NCBI GenBank assembly: GCA_965197465.1
Contig: OZ240209.1
Coordinates: forward strand, 3,965,174-4,029,173
Direction of reading: 5' to 3'
Length of the DNA stretch: 64,000 bases
DNA from: Candidatus Poribacteria bacterium
GTDB taxonomy: Bacteria > Poribacteria > WGA-4E > JAJDTR01
In this document: piece by piece, positions 39,246 through 49,984 of the stretch
Position numbering within the stretch: position 1 is the stretch's first letter
Layout of the letters: every line of letters begins with the position of its first letter
The notes under the pieces: model-generated
Told to the model about the DNA's origin: nothing
Database searches by the model: none
Seen by the model: only the letters and a program-made list of their open reading frames with translations
Program-made: the position numbers and the translations under genes

Positions 39246-41267
39246 TTAACCATCTGAGCTTGGCTTATCAAATTCTTCTTTGAGCAAAGCACCTAATGTT
39301 GCTGGTTCTTCATCCCTACTGTCAGACTGTTTCTCTTGATATTGGACCGTTGTTGCCCGTTCTTGTTCAGCTAGCGCAGCTTTCAAACTTAGACCAATCC
39401 GACGCTCGTTTACATCTAGATGAATTACTTTTAGGTCCAATTGATCGCCAATGGAGACAATTTCCTCTGGCTTTTCAATTCTTCGCTCAGCTAGTTCCGA
39501 TATATGTATAAGACCTTCAACGGCATCTTCTAACTTGGCAAATGCACCGAAGCTCGTTAAGTTCATGATCTCGCCGCTCACCACGGCGCCAATCTTATAT
39601 TTTTCCGGGACTTGCAACCAAGGGTCTGGTTCGACTTGTTTCAATCCAAGTGATACGCGTTGGTCGGCGGGATCAATCTGTAACACCACCACTTCAACCT
39701 CGCCGCCTTCCTTCAAAATCTCGCGAGGGTGAACATCACGCTTGACCCAAGAGAGATCCGAGATATGGATTAGTCCGTCAATTCCCTCTTCAATTTCGAC
39801 AAAAGCGCCAAAATCTGTGAGATTGCGTACGCGCCCAGAAATTTTCGTACCAATTGGATATTTGTGTTCGAGTTGTTCCCACGGATTTGGATCTAACTGC
39901 TTAAGACCAAGAGAGACTCTTTTCGAAGATTTAGTAATATCAAGAACAAGTGCCTCGATCACATCACCTTTTGTGACAAACTTGGAAGGTGCAACATTTC
40001 GCCGCGTCCATGCCATTTCCGAGACGTGAATAAGCCCTTCAACGCCCTCTTCCAGCTCTAAGAATGCGCCGTAATTGACAATGTTGACCACGGTTCCACT
40101 GACGGTGGAACCTACGGGATATCGATCCTCAATACCATCCCAAGGATTTGGCGTCTTCTGTTTTAACCCTAATGACACTTTCTCCTTTTCGACATCAATA
40201 CCAATGATGAGGATTTCAATCTCGTCACCGATAGAAACGATCTCAGAGGGTTGATTTACCTTCTTCCACGACATATCGGTTTTATGGAGAAGACCATCAA
40301 TACCACCCAAATCAACAAAGGCGCCGAAAGAAGTGATATTCTTGACAACTCCAACACGGGTTTGTCCAACTTCAAGACCGCCAAGGAGTTCAGTTTTGCG
40401 TGCCGTGAGTTCGTCCTCTAGTAACGCCCGCCGGGACAACACAATGTTATGGCGCCGCTTGTTAAGTTTGACTACCTTTAGTTCGAGTGTCATCCCAACG
40501 TATTTATCAAGATTTGGAATTGGGCGTAACTCTATCTGTGACGCTGGGAGGAATGCCCGTAAAGATCCGATATCAACTCGAAGCCCGCCTTTGATTCTCT
40601 CTACGACCTTGCCCTCAACCGTCTGTCCTTGTTCACATGCTGTGGCGATTACATCCCAAATACGAGTCTGGTCTGCAAGCCTCTTTGAAAGCACAAGTTG
40701 CCCATCAGAATCTTCCCTACGGACAATATAAACATCAATCTCATCGCCCACCTGCACTCCGGGTAGCCCTTCCTCAGTCGCCTCAAACTCGGAAGACGGA
40801 ATGTATCCCTCAGATTTGAACCCAATGTCAATCATGACCTCCTCACGACTGACTTCGACAACGGCGCCTTTTACGATCTGGCCCTCGGCGAACGCTTTGA
40901 TAGAATTGTCGTACGCTTTTTCGAGGGACTCGTTGCTTAATAGCGATGTGCCGGTATCAGAGTTTTCTTTGTCCGCAGATGGTGTATCAGAAAGCGGCGG
41001 CTGAGAATCTTCTGGAATCTCGCTAGGCGCGGCCACCTCCGAGGAAATGGAAGAATTTCCCCCCGAATTTTCAGAACTGGCGGTATCTTCTGCGCAATCT
41101 ATTGAAATTTCGTTCTCAACGGCGTTCTGCAGGTTCTCGCTAATGCCCTCTCCTCGGTCACTTAGAGACTCTTCCGGTTGGCTTTCCGTGGTATCGGTTT
41201 CTGCTTCCATCGCAGTATTAGCTTGATCTATAGCTGCCCTTTCATTGTGTGAATCCTCGTTCATCAA
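39246..41267 (-). CDS. rpsA: 30S ribosomal protein S1 with an acidic N-terminal extension
   Basis: Six S1 repeats (GxV motif blocks such as KGAVVEV, EGKVVERIKGG, GTVVNIVNYGAF) preceded by a ~130-aa E/S/D-rich tail. Confidence 0.9.
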   Translation of the reverse strand: MMNEDSHNERAAIDQANTAMEAETDTTESQPEESLSDRGEGISENLQNAVENEISIDCAEDTASSENSGGNSSISSEVAAPSEIPEDSQPPLSDTPSADKENSDTGTSLLSNESLEKAYDNSIKAFAEGQIVKGAVVEVSREEVMIDIGFKSEGYIPSSEFEATEEGLPGVQVGDEIDVYIVRREDSDGQLVLSKRLADQTRIWDVIATACEQGQTVEGKVVERIKGGLRVDIGSLRAFLPASQIELRPIPNLDKYVGMTLELKVVKLNKRRHNIVLSRRALLEDELTARKTELLGGLEVGQTRVGVVKNITSFGAFVDLGGIDGLLHKTDMSWKKVNQPSEIVSIGDEIEILIIGIDVEKEKVSLGLKQKTPNPWDGIEDRYPVGSTVSGTVVNIVNYGAFLELEEGVEGLIHVSEMAWTRRNVAPSKFVTKGDVIEALVLDITKSSKRVSLGLKQLDPNPWEQLEHKYPIGTKISGRVRNLTDFGAFVEIEEGIDGLIHISDLSWVKRDVHPREILKEGGEVEVVVLQIDPADQRVSLGLKQVEPDPWLQVPEKYKIGAVVSGEIMNLTSFGAFAKLEDAVEGLIHISELAERRIEKPEEIVSIGDQLDLKVIHLDVNERRIGLSLKAALAEQERATTVQYQEKQSDSRDEEPATLGALLKEEFDKPSSDG

Positions 41268-41589
41268 CTTATCTGGCTTTATCCGAAAACGTAAAATAGT
41301 GTTAAATTAACTCAACCAGATTCCTCCTTTGTCAAGGTTCCTATCCTACAAAATAGGTCGTTTACCGCCCACAATCGATTAAAACTTATATAGTATAGCA
41401 CAAGCGAATAGCGACATGCAACTTCAATCTTGTGTTCGATAGTAAAGATATTCCTGTGGATATTAAATGCAGGGAATCGCATCTAATTTTTGGTTGTAGA
41501 GATGTCTCTTGTGGTTGTCTCGCTCTAGACCGGACATGCAATGGAAAGAAAAGAGGGAAAGTCGGTGATTTGATGATGGTCTATTCCAC

Positions 41590-41740
41590 AAGAAATCGCA
41601 ACCGGGAAGGGAACTCTATCGCACTGGGAACTCTATGCGATTTCTATCGTGCTCGTTATTTACTCGCTTGATTCCTCGCTATCTGCTCGGTTGATCTATT
41701 CGGTCGCTTGATCGCTCCTACAGGTACCTACACCTGTAGG
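41590..41740. repeat. GATCAA/GCGATAG mosaic element in reverse orientation, plus the palindrome CCTACAGGTACCTACACCTGTAGG
   Basis: GGGAACTCTATCGCACTGGGAACTCTATGCGATTTCTATCGTGCTCG...CGCTTGATCGCTCC. A 9-bp-arm inverted repeat lies at 41712-41735. Confidence 0.55.
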
Positions 41741-41941
41741 ATTTCATCTTCGATTTGATGATTGTCGATTGTCTAGAATCAGGTGCGATTGCACTGGTGC
41801 AGGGCATGATTGGACTTGCACACTTCGAAGGTTGCGAATTTGATTTGCCTTTGACTTTAGTGTTTCTCATCTGCTACAATAAATGAATAATATCTGGTTG
41901 AGATACATCACGAAATTTAGTGAAATGAGAGGAAAATTGAA

Positions 41942-42283
41942 ATGGCAAACGGATCCATGACCACCCGGGAAAGTTCCGATGTGACGATTATTGATGTTAA
42001 AGAAGACCTTGGAAGCTACGTAGCTTCAGATTTGCGAGAAACTCTTGAGGATCTTCTTGGAAGTAAAACTCAGAAAATTATAGTGAACCTTGGAAATGTG
42101 AAACATATCAACAGCACGGGCGTCGGGGCGATAGTTGGTGTAGCAAAGCGAATACGCCAACGGGGCGGTGACGTAAAGGTGTGTGGGCTTTCAGATAACA
42201 TTAAACGAACGTTCGATCTCACCGGCGCTTCTAGTGTCGTTGAAATCTATGAGTCGGAAAGCAGTGCGATGGCCGCTTTTTGA
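41942..42283 (+). CDS. STAS-domain anti-sigma-factor antagonist (RsbV/SpoIIAA-like)
   Basis: NLGNVKHINSTGVGAIVGV carries the conserved phospho-Ser. 113 aa. Confidence 0.8.
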   Translation: MANGSMTTRESSDVTIIDVKEDLGSYVASDLRETLEDLLGSKTQKIIVNLGNVKHINSTGVGAIVGVAKRIRQRGGDVKVCGLSDNIKRTFDLTGASSVVEIYESESSAMAAF

Positions 42284-42508
42284 CGCCGAGTCACAAAGCC
42301 TTAGATAGCGTTTACGCACCGCAGCATTTCGATCTTGATATGTGCTCAACGGCACGAAGCCGATTCAAGGTTGAGCCAAAGGGATTCTTCATGATATCAA
42401 GGAATTAATGCCCTAAGCAGTTGATTCGAACTTGCCTCCGTGGCAGCAGTTTATGCGTTGCAATCAGAGCATTAACCCCTCTTCAGCCCAACAATTCGCG
42501 GTAAAAAT

Positions 42509-42943
42509 ATGCAACAAGAGCGTATTGAAATCCAGTTGCCTAGCCGTTTGTGGTATATTGAGCCAGTTCTCTCCCTTCTCAAGCAATTGGCTCAACAACT
42601 CGGATTCTGTCAACAACGCGTTGCGGATATTCAGCTTGCGATTGATGAAATCTGTGGGAACGCAATTGAACACGGATCAGCAGGTGATGACACGGGAATC
42701 GCTATCAGTTTTGTTTTGAACGAACATCAACTCGATATTCTTGTGAGGGACAAAGGAACGGACAACAAAGGCAATTGGTTAACAGCGGAAAAACTCAATG
42801 AAATATACCAAAAGCGTGCACCTGATCGAGAACGGGGACATGGAATCTACATGGTAGAACAACTATCGGACGAACTGAAAATGGAACCCAACTCATTTGG
42901 GGGAACGGATGTTCGAGTTATCTTCAGCCTTTCAAACGATTAA
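42509..42943 (+). CDS. Anti-sigma regulatory factor with GHKL Ser/Thr kinase domain (RsbW/SpoIIAB-like)
   Basis: AIDEICGNAIEHG (N-box) and ERGHGIYMV (G-box). 144 aa. Confidence 0.75.
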   Translation: MQQERIEIQLPSRLWYIEPVLSLLKQLAQQLGFCQQRVADIQLAIDEICGNAIEHGSAGDDTGIAISFVLNEHQLDILVRDKGTDNKGNWLTAEKLNEIYQKRAPDRERGHGIYMVEQLSDELKMEPNSFGGTDVRVIFSLSND

Positions 42944-43056
42944 CTGCGTTCGCGGAACACAGATCCTTCCAACACATCATCCCGTTAGAATCCAACTGTT
43001 ATCAATCCCTTCATAGAACTGCTGCCGTGCTGGGCCTATCAACGCGCTACCATAGT

Positions 43057-44247
43057 TTATTGGGTTGGAACGGCTAGACCTTCGGACTCGGCGACATCAA
43101 CAGCGACGAATGTCAAATCGTCATCCGTCGGATTCCCGTTTTTGAATCTTTCGATGCTACCTAGAAGGCGATTGACAAGGGCTAACCCAGATTCGCCCGT
43201 TTCTTGAACAATAGTTTCCTCGAGTCGCTGTGTACCAAATTCCTCTCTGTGTGGATTTTTTACCTCGTATGTGCCATCTGTGTAGAGAAGCATCCTACTG
43301 CTACGGTTGAAGTCGTAATCGGCGGTTTCATAGATAGAGTCTGGTAACAGCCCCAGCCCCTTTCCGGCGATTGTCTCACTGAGGAATTCGCAAGTGCCGT
43401 GGTATCGGTGGATGAGGAATGGATACGGGTGACCGGCATTTGCGCAGGAAATCGTTTCGTTCGGCAAATCTATCACTGCATAAAACGCAGTTGCGAACAT
43501 GAACATTTGTGAACTAATTGTATTGTTAAATCGAGCATTTAGTGTTGTAAGCAGTAGTCCGGGATTATTTCCTATCCGATCTCTAATCTCGCCAACAACT
43601 GTCTTCATGAACACGGCAACGAGCGCAGCTGAAACGCCATGCCCCATCACGTCGGAAATGAATATACCCAAACGGCCGTGGTCTATTTCCCAGAAGTCAA
43701 AGAAATCGCCGCCCACCTCTATCTCCGGAGTGGAGTGCGACACAATCTGAAATCCTGCTAAATCAGCAAGCCCATTCTGTGGAATCAAGATTTCTTGGAC
43801 TTGCCGCGCCATCTCTAACTCGCCTTTCAAACGTGCGTTATGCTCTTCCAGCTTGTCACGGTATTCTTTAATGCGCAACAGTGAACTGACGCGTGCGACG
43901 ATTTCGTGTCCATCGAACGGTTTAGAGATAAAATCGTCTGCTCCCGCTTGAATCGCGTGGATACGATCGGCTGTGTCTTTTAGGGCAGTAACCATCACTA
44001 CAGGAACGAACTGTGTAGATACCTCGGCGCGAATTCGCTGGCAAACCTCAAACCCGTCCATTCTTGGCATCTGAATATCTAACAGAATCAAGTCTGGAGG
44101 GTTTGATTCTACCAGTTCTAGGGCTGCGATCCCGCTGGTGGCAGTAAGGACGACGTAACCCTTTGCTTCAAGTTGAATTTGAAGTATCTTGATGTTTATC
44201 TCATCATCATCAACAACGAGAATCTGGGGTGTCGCGCGCGCGCTCAT
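43057..44247 (-). CDS. Response-regulator receiver fused to a PP2C (SpoIIE) phosphatase (RsbU-like)
   Basis: ILVVDDDEINIKIL...LLDIQMPRMDGFEV receiver domain, followed by GDFFDFWEI...FISDVMGHGVSAAL PP2C metal-binding motifs. Confidence 0.8.
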   Translation of the reverse strand: MSARATPQILVVDDDEINIKILQIQLEAKGYVVLTATSGIAALELVESNPPDLILLDIQMPRMDGFEVCQRIRAEVSTQFVPVVMVTALKDTADRIHAIQAGADDFISKPFDGHEIVARVSSLLRIKEYRDKLEEHNARLKGELEMARQVQEILIPQNGLADLAGFQIVSHSTPEIEVGGDFFDFWEIDHGRLGIFISDVMGHGVSAALVAVFMKTVVGEIRDRIGNNPGLLLTTLNARFNNTISSQMFMFATAFYAVIDLPNETISCANAGHPYPFLIHRYHGTCEFLSETIAGKGLGLLPDSIYETADYDFNRSSRMLLYTDGTYEVKNPHREEFGTQRLEETIVQETGESGLALVNRLLGSIERFKNGNPTDDDLTFVAVDVAESEGLAVPTQ

Positions 44248-44627
44248 TCCGCACCTTCTCCTGCATATTTACCCACGAGATCGACAAGAACGCGGGTGTC
44301 AATAGGTTTACTAATATAATCGTCGCATCCGGCGCGAAGTATTCGTTCGCGGTCGCCTTTCATTGCCGCCGCCGTTAAGGCAAGGATTGGAACATGACAC
44401 CATCGGGGGTCCGTTTTAATCTGTTGAGTCAATTCCTCACCGTCCATTCCGCCGGGAAGGGCAATATCCATCAAAATCAAATCTGGCGTTTCTGCATGTA
44501 GCACCTGAAGAGTTTCTTCTGCAGTGGTTGCCTCAAGTATTTCATATCCCTCCGCTTCAAGCACAATCCGGACGACCTTTCGATTTAATTCCTTGTCCTC
44601 AACGACTAAAACGCTCTTGGTACTCAT
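44244..44627 (-). CDS. Single-domain CheY-like response regulator
   Basis: VLVVEDKELNRKVV...ILMDIALPGGMDGEEL. 4-nt overlap with the downstream gene. Confidence 0.8.
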   Translation of the reverse strand: MSTKSVLVVEDKELNRKVVRIVLEAEGYEILEATTAEETLQVLHAETPDLILMDIALPGGMDGEELTQQIKTDPRWCHVPILALTAAAMKGDRERILRAGCDDYISKPIDTRVLVDLVGKYAGEGAE

Positions 44628-45013
44628 GAGCCAATCTCCTTTTGCTGAATATCGGCTACTTTCCTCATCGGAATTCCGAAGTGCGCTGTCCGTTCGACTA
44701 TTGCCAATTTGGCCCGCTACCTAGCTTTCGGGTGCGAAGATAATACTACATGCAACCGTGACAGTTGAGCAACCTCTCATGCTCCGTGTCGCCTTGATTC
44801 AATGCACGACTAAGCCCGGTTAGCGTCAGGAGGTCGCGACCGGGAGATCGTTGCTACAGTAGGTTTGTAGTTGCGATCTTCAATCCTCAAATCGAAGATG
44901 GGACCTTCACAGGTATATAGAAGGCGACCACAAAAACATGAAAAAGTCTATCTTCAAATGACCAACAATGGCTTTGCAACCCATTTTTCAAGCAGGCTCT
45001 TAACATGCGCTAT

Positions 45014-47308
45014 CTATTCATTGGCGGAAGGGGTGCTCGGTGCTCGAAAACGCTCAATTCGCTTGATTGCCTCCAATAATTTCTGTCTGACATCTCCCGT
45101 TTTTTCAATCACAGACTGGATTTGGCCGTTGAGGCGGTTCTTTTCCTCGTCGGTGAGGTCCATCGCCGTGCAAATCACAATTGGAATCTCGCGTGCTACC
45201 GGATCTTCTGTCAAGCGCTTTACCACTTGAAATCCATCGACTTCAGGCATTGCCAAATCCAGTATAATGAGAGCCGGTAGCTGGGCAATAGCCAAGTCAA
45301 TTCCTTCTTGACCACCATAGGCTTTTAGCACGTCGTATCCCTCGCTCTCCAAAACGGTGGATAACAGTCGGACTGTCTGTGGATCGTCATCAATTATGAG
45401 GATGCGAACGCTGCCATTCTGTTCTGGAAGGCGCAATGACCGCAATGAGGCAAGAAGGGTTGTTTTATCAATGGGTTTTACAAGATGGTCAACTGCTCCC
45501 AACCCAAATCCCAATTGACGTTCTTCAGTAATTGAGACGATTATGACCGGTATCGACTGAAGATTAGGATTCGCCTTCAGCGCCTTCAGAACTTGCCAGC
45601 CATCTTTCTTTGGGAGCATGATATCGAGGGTTATTGCAAACGGCTCGATTTCTGCTGCTTTGGCAATAGCCTGATCGCCATCTGTCGCGTATTCAACGCG
45701 ATAACCTGCCTCCATCAAATATATTCCCAAGAGATGGGCAGCCTGCTCGTTATCTTCAGCAACCAAGATAGTTCGGTTATCAGCAGAGGAGGGAAGATTC
45801 GCGGGCATCGGAATTGGGCTTGAAGCTATATGCTGCTGCAAGGGCAGCGTGAACGAAAAGGTACTTCCTTTGCCGACCACACTCTCAACCCAAATCTCTC
45901 CACCGTGTAATTCAATCAATCGCTTTGTCAAGGCGAGTCCTAGACCAGTGCCTTCGTGCGCACGCGCTTTTGATGTGTCAACTTGGGTAAAAGCTTGAAA
46001 TAACATCTCCTGATGCTCTGGTGAAATGCCCACGCCGGTGTCAATCACGCGAATTAGCAACGAGCTGTTCGAAACCTCGAACTTGGTAATCACCTGACCA
46101 CCTTCATTCGTGAACTTGACGCCATTGGATAGTAGGTTGTAAAGAATCTGCTTGAATTTCGTCTTGTCCGCTGTTACCGTAATATCTTGGTCGAATTCTC
46201 GGGTAAGTTGAATCCGTTTCTTGCTGGCTAAAGCATTAATAATCGTATTGACTTCCTCCATAGTTTCTACAATGGAGAAGGTCTCAAAGTCTAAATCCAT
46301 CGTCCCTGCCTCAATCTTAGACAAGTCGAGGATGTCGTTGATCATGTCGAGGAGATGACGCCCGCTGGTGTGGATATCGGTCGCAAGTTCCTTCTGCTCT
46401 GGCTTTATTGGCGCGATAATCTCATCCCGTAAGATTTCTGCGAACCCAATAATAGCGTTTAACGGTGTACGAAGTTCATGGCTCATGTTGGCGAGAAACT
46501 CACTTTTGGCACGGTCCGCATATTCAGCTGCCTCTTTCGCCGCCTGCAATTCTGCTTCCGCACGCACACGCTCAGTAATGTCTCTGGAAATGCCGAATGT
46601 ACCTATGATTTGCCCGGACTTGTCAAATAATGGCGCTTTAGTCGTTGATACCCAAGTTTCCTCCCCGCTAGGCCAGGTCTCCTTCTCTTCCTTCGCTTGC
46701 ATCGGTTTACCGGATCTAATCACCTCTTGCTCATCTTCGTACGCTTGTTGCGCATGTTCTTCCGTGAAAAATTCAGCATCTGTCTTTCCAATGGCTTCTT
46801 GGTCATCGGAGAGATGGAAAAGATTAGTCACTGCTTTGTTAATTCGGATAAACCGACTTGCCCCATCCTTAAAATAAATGTGATCCGGCGTATTGTCCAT
46901 GAACGCCCTCAACAGGCTCTGTTCTTGTTCCAATGCGTCTTCCGTCTGCTTGCGCCGCGTGATGTCTCTCCCAACGGCATAGTACAGACGTTTTTCGAGA
47001 GATATCGTGGCACTCCATAGTATCCACTTATATCCCTCGTCCTTGCACCGGTAACGATTTTCAAAGGAAACGACATCTTTACCTGTTGCCATAATCGTCT
47101 CAGCTTCGGCAATAGTCGATTCTCGATCGTCAGGGTGCACAAAGTCGGTAAATGGCTTGGCTTTGAGTTCCTCAATTGTGAAACCGAGTGTTTGCTCCCA
47201 TGCTGGATTCAAATCAACGAAATAGCCGTCAAAATTGGCGATACACAGCATGTCTAGCGAGAGGGAGAAAAAGCGTTCACGCTCGGAGATGTCGCCAGGA
47301 CGGTTCAT
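45014..47308 (-). CDS. Hybrid sensor histidine kinase (PAS x2-3, HisKA, HATPase, two receivers)
   Basis: H-box FLANMSHELRTPLNAI, G-box GTGLGLAL, and two C-terminal receiver domains. Confidence 0.85.
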   Translation of the reverse strand: MNRPGDISERERFFSLSLDMLCIANFDGYFVDLNPAWEQTLGFTIEELKAKPFTDFVHPDDRESTIAEAETIMATGKDVVSFENRYRCKDEGYKWILWSATISLEKRLYYAVGRDITRRKQTEDALEQEQSLLRAFMDNTPDHIYFKDGASRFIRINKAVTNLFHLSDDQEAIGKTDAEFFTEEHAQQAYEDEQEVIRSGKPMQAKEEKETWPSGEETWVSTTKAPLFDKSGQIIGTFGISRDITERVRAEAELQAAKEAAEYADRAKSEFLANMSHELRTPLNAIIGFAEILRDEIIAPIKPEQKELATDIHTSGRHLLDMINDILDLSKIEAGTMDLDFETFSIVETMEEVNTIINALASKKRIQLTREFDQDITVTADKTKFKQILYNLLSNGVKFTNEGGQVITKFEVSNSSLLIRVIDTGVGISPEHQEMLFQAFTQVDTSKARAHEGTGLGLALTKRLIELHGGEIWVESVVGKGSTFSFTLPLQQHIASSPIPMPANLPSSADNRTILVAEDNEQAAHLLGIYLMEAGYRVEYATDGDQAIAKAAEIEPFAITLDIMLPKKDGWQVLKALKANPNLQSIPVIIVSITEERQLGFGLGAVDHLVKPIDKTTLLASLRSLRLPEQNGSVRILIIDDDPQTVRLLSTVLESEGYDVLKAYGGQEGIDLAIAQLPALIILDLAMPEVDGFQVVKRLTEDPVAREIPIVICTAMDLTDEEKNRLNGQIQSVIEKTGDVRQKLLEAIKRIERFRAPSTPSANE

Positions 47309-47323
47309 AATTGCTTCCTCTCT

Positions 47324-49141
47324 TCACTTTCTTTTCAAAACCAATAACGTCAAATCGTCAAACTGCTGAGTGTCTCCCTGAAATTCCGCCACGGCGTCAC
47401 GAATCGTGGTACATATTTCGTCCGCATTTGCATGTCGTATTCGCCTCGCAAGGTTGTACAGACGTTGCTCTTCATACGGCTCGCCATTGGGGTTCAATGC
47501 GTCAGTCACGCCATCGGTGTAAAACAAAAGAGCATCTCCGCTATGAAGCTGAATTGTTTCCTGCTGATATTCTGCAATGTCGATAAGAACATCAGCGGGG
47601 AACATTCCGATAACGGATCCACCTTTTTCGAGTGTTGTCACACTACCATCGCGCCGTATGACTATTGGAAAGTTGTGCCCTGCGTTTATTGATGTCAGCA
47701 TGCCTGTTTCCATATTTAATCGGGCGTAGACTAGGGTTGCGTAGGCATGTCTAGTGCTTCCCTCATATAAAAGCGCATTTAGCCGCGTTGTCATGGCTAG
47801 TAAGTCGCTCTGTCTTGTAACCTCTGACCGTAAGGATGTGCGAAGCATTACCATTAGCAGCGCAGCTTGCATCCCCTTGCCCGAAGCGTCAGCAATTACA
47901 AATCCCCACGTCCCATCTGGCTCCTGAATATAATCGAAGTAGTCCCCACCGACACCATCGTGATGTGGAATACTCAGTCCGGCGACCTCGTAGCCCGGAA
48001 TGTCAGGCTGTGCTTTGGGCAGCAGGTTCGCTTGGATCCTTGCCGCTTCTTCCATCTCCGCTTGTAATCGGCGTTTTTCAAGAGCTTCGTGGTAAAGTCG
48101 AGCGTTTTCAATCGAAACACCTATTTGATGGGCGAAGGCTTCAAGTAGAATGCGATCCTCGTCGACAAAATCAAGCGAGCCGTTGTCCTGTCCTGCTTTA
48201 TCACAAACCACTAACACGCCCAAAATTTCTCGCCTAAAAATTGGAACGGCAATAAGATTCGTTCTGCCGAACGGCGAGACTTGATTTGCATCGTTGCAAA
48301 CCTGCGAGATGCCAGAAATGGCCACTTCTCGAAGTATAGAAACTGCAGGCGATCCGTCCTGTTTAGCTTCCAAATCAATAACAATACCTTCTAAATTGGT
48401 TGGGAATTCTGAATCAAGTAGGACATGGCTTCTCACCTCAAGTCTTTTCGTATTGGGACCAATAAGCATAAGATATCCCGTCCCGCTGTCCAAGAGGGTG
48501 ACAACATGATTCATCGCCGCCTTCTCAATGCTTTCCACATCCAGAAGTTTACTAATCTGAGCCGTGACATCGGACAGCAAGAGAAGGCGCAATTTGGCGG
48601 TACGCATTTCTTTCAACGAGCGTGAATGTGCCATTGCAGTCGCAATACGATTGGCTATTGTATACAGCAATACATCAATCCATGCTTGTTTTTCGATCTT
48701 GCTAGAAGGGGTTCCGAGGGCAATAACACCTATCAATTCCCCATCGGACTGCAATGGTACCCACATCTCTGAACCAAGACCTTGAAGTTGCTGCGTCATG
48801 CGGTCGCGAAGCGCCTTCAGGGATTCCGGTAGATTTGCGCGATTAGTTGGTGACGATTGACGGATAGCGCCGATTTCCTCTGGCATTACTGGAATGACAG
48901 CCGATTTCGGGCGAGTAGTGATTGACGATTCGACGTAGAAATGGCTCTTGGTCGAGTCAAGGCATAGAATTGCTCCCTCGCTCACTTCTAGTGTATCCAG
49001 AGTTAGTTGCAGATATGCCTCACCCAAGGACTCAAATCGATCCTGTCTTGTACCGACGGTATTAGTAATTTTTTCAAGTTCAGACAGGAATGAAATCAGT
49101 TGATTCATGCTTTCCTCGGGGGAAACATACTTCATCTGCAC
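47324..49141 (-). CDS. GAF-GAF-PP2C (SpoIIE-type) serine phosphatase
   Basis: C-terminal GGDYFDYIQ...FVIADASGKGMQAAL PP2C motifs. N-terminal GAF-like segments. Confidence 0.8.
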   Translation of the reverse strand: MQMKYVSPEESMNQLISFLSELEKITNTVGTRQDRFESLGEAYLQLTLDTLEVSEGAILCLDSTKSHFYVESSITTRPKSAVIPVMPEEIGAIRQSSPTNRANLPESLKALRDRMTQQLQGLGSEMWVPLQSDGELIGVIALGTPSSKIEKQAWIDVLLYTIANRIATAMAHSRSLKEMRTAKLRLLLLSDVTAQISKLLDVESIEKAAMNHVVTLLDSGTGYLMLIGPNTKRLEVRSHVLLDSEFPTNLEGIVIDLEAKQDGSPAVSILREVAISGISQVCNDANQVSPFGRTNLIAVPIFRREILGVLVVCDKAGQDNGSLDFVDEDRILLEAFAHQIGVSIENARLYHEALEKRRLQAEMEEAARIQANLLPKAQPDIPGYEVAGLSIPHHDGVGGDYFDYIQEPDGTWGFVIADASGKGMQAALLMVMLRTSLRSEVTRQSDLLAMTTRLNALLYEGSTRHAYATLVYARLNMETGMLTSINAGHNFPIVIRRDGSVTTLEKGGSVIGMFPADVLIDIAEYQQETIQLHSGDALLFYTDGVTDALNPNGEPYEEQRLYNLARRIRHANADEICTTIRDAVAEFQGDTQQFDDLTLLVLKRK

Positions 49142-49259
49142 ACCTTGTATTGGATTGCCGAGACATTAGCGCTAAACTTGCTTCATCTATTGCGTCTCTA
49201 CGGAGTTAGCAACTTTAGGTGGTCCGTCTCTCAGCGACGCACACCATCAAAAGAACCAT

Positions 49260-49613
49260 TCACTCGGATTGGGATGCGAGCGCCGTAACCGCAGCCTTCT
49301 CGCTATCGAAATGTTCGAAAGTGCTAATTAAGCGACTTCTGATAATCAGGTTTTTGATATTTGTGCCGACGTGGATGATACCGATTCGTCCCCCCTGTTT
49401 TGCGATTGATACGTGGGTTGCCATCAACGTTCCGAGTCCCGAACTGTCCATCATTGTCACATCGGCGAAATCGATCAACAGCCTTGGGTTTTCCCCGCTG
49501 TCGGGGAGCTCGTTGTCAATTGTCTGTCTGAGTTCGGTAACGGCCCTTCCAATCAGCTTGCCGCTGGGCTTCAAAATAATTACGCCATTCTCTTGAGCAA
49601 CGTCAATTGCCAT
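49260..49613 (-). CDS. Second STAS-domain anti-sigma-factor antagonist
   Basis: FADVTMMDSSGLGTLM phospho-Ser motif. AGGAGGG RBS before the ATG at 49613. The shorter internal start is preferred over the ORF-track start. Confidence 0.7.
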   Translation of the reverse strand: MAIDVAQENGVIILKPSGKLIGRAVTELRQTIDNELPDSGENPRLLIDFADVTMMDSSGLGTLMATHVSIAKQGGRIGIIHVGTNIKNLIIRSRLISTFEHFDSEKAAVTALASQSE

Positions 49614-49984
49614 TTTTTGCCCTCCTGAAAAAGTTGCCAAGTCGATAAATTTATTGCGTTGAAGTTTGAAATGTAACAAAGACAGACACACAGGTTTGTG
49701 CGATTGCCTTTCCGTAATACGGCGGGTTCTTCGCTTGTCCAAGTCTTTCGAAAGCAGCGCGTCTCTAATCTATCAGGCGTTATTGCCTGCAAACACTAAA
49801 CCCGCGGTATTTGTTCCATCGCTGATTCTAAAGGATATATGACCTTTTGTCAAGCCTTCAACACAGAGAATCGTATCCGGTCACACCTGCAAAATCGGTT
49901 GACCCCTGTTTGGCGTTGTGTTAAAATTTAGATTGTCCTTACAACACACCAACCAAGTAGGTTTGAGGAGATTGTGACGAGATC

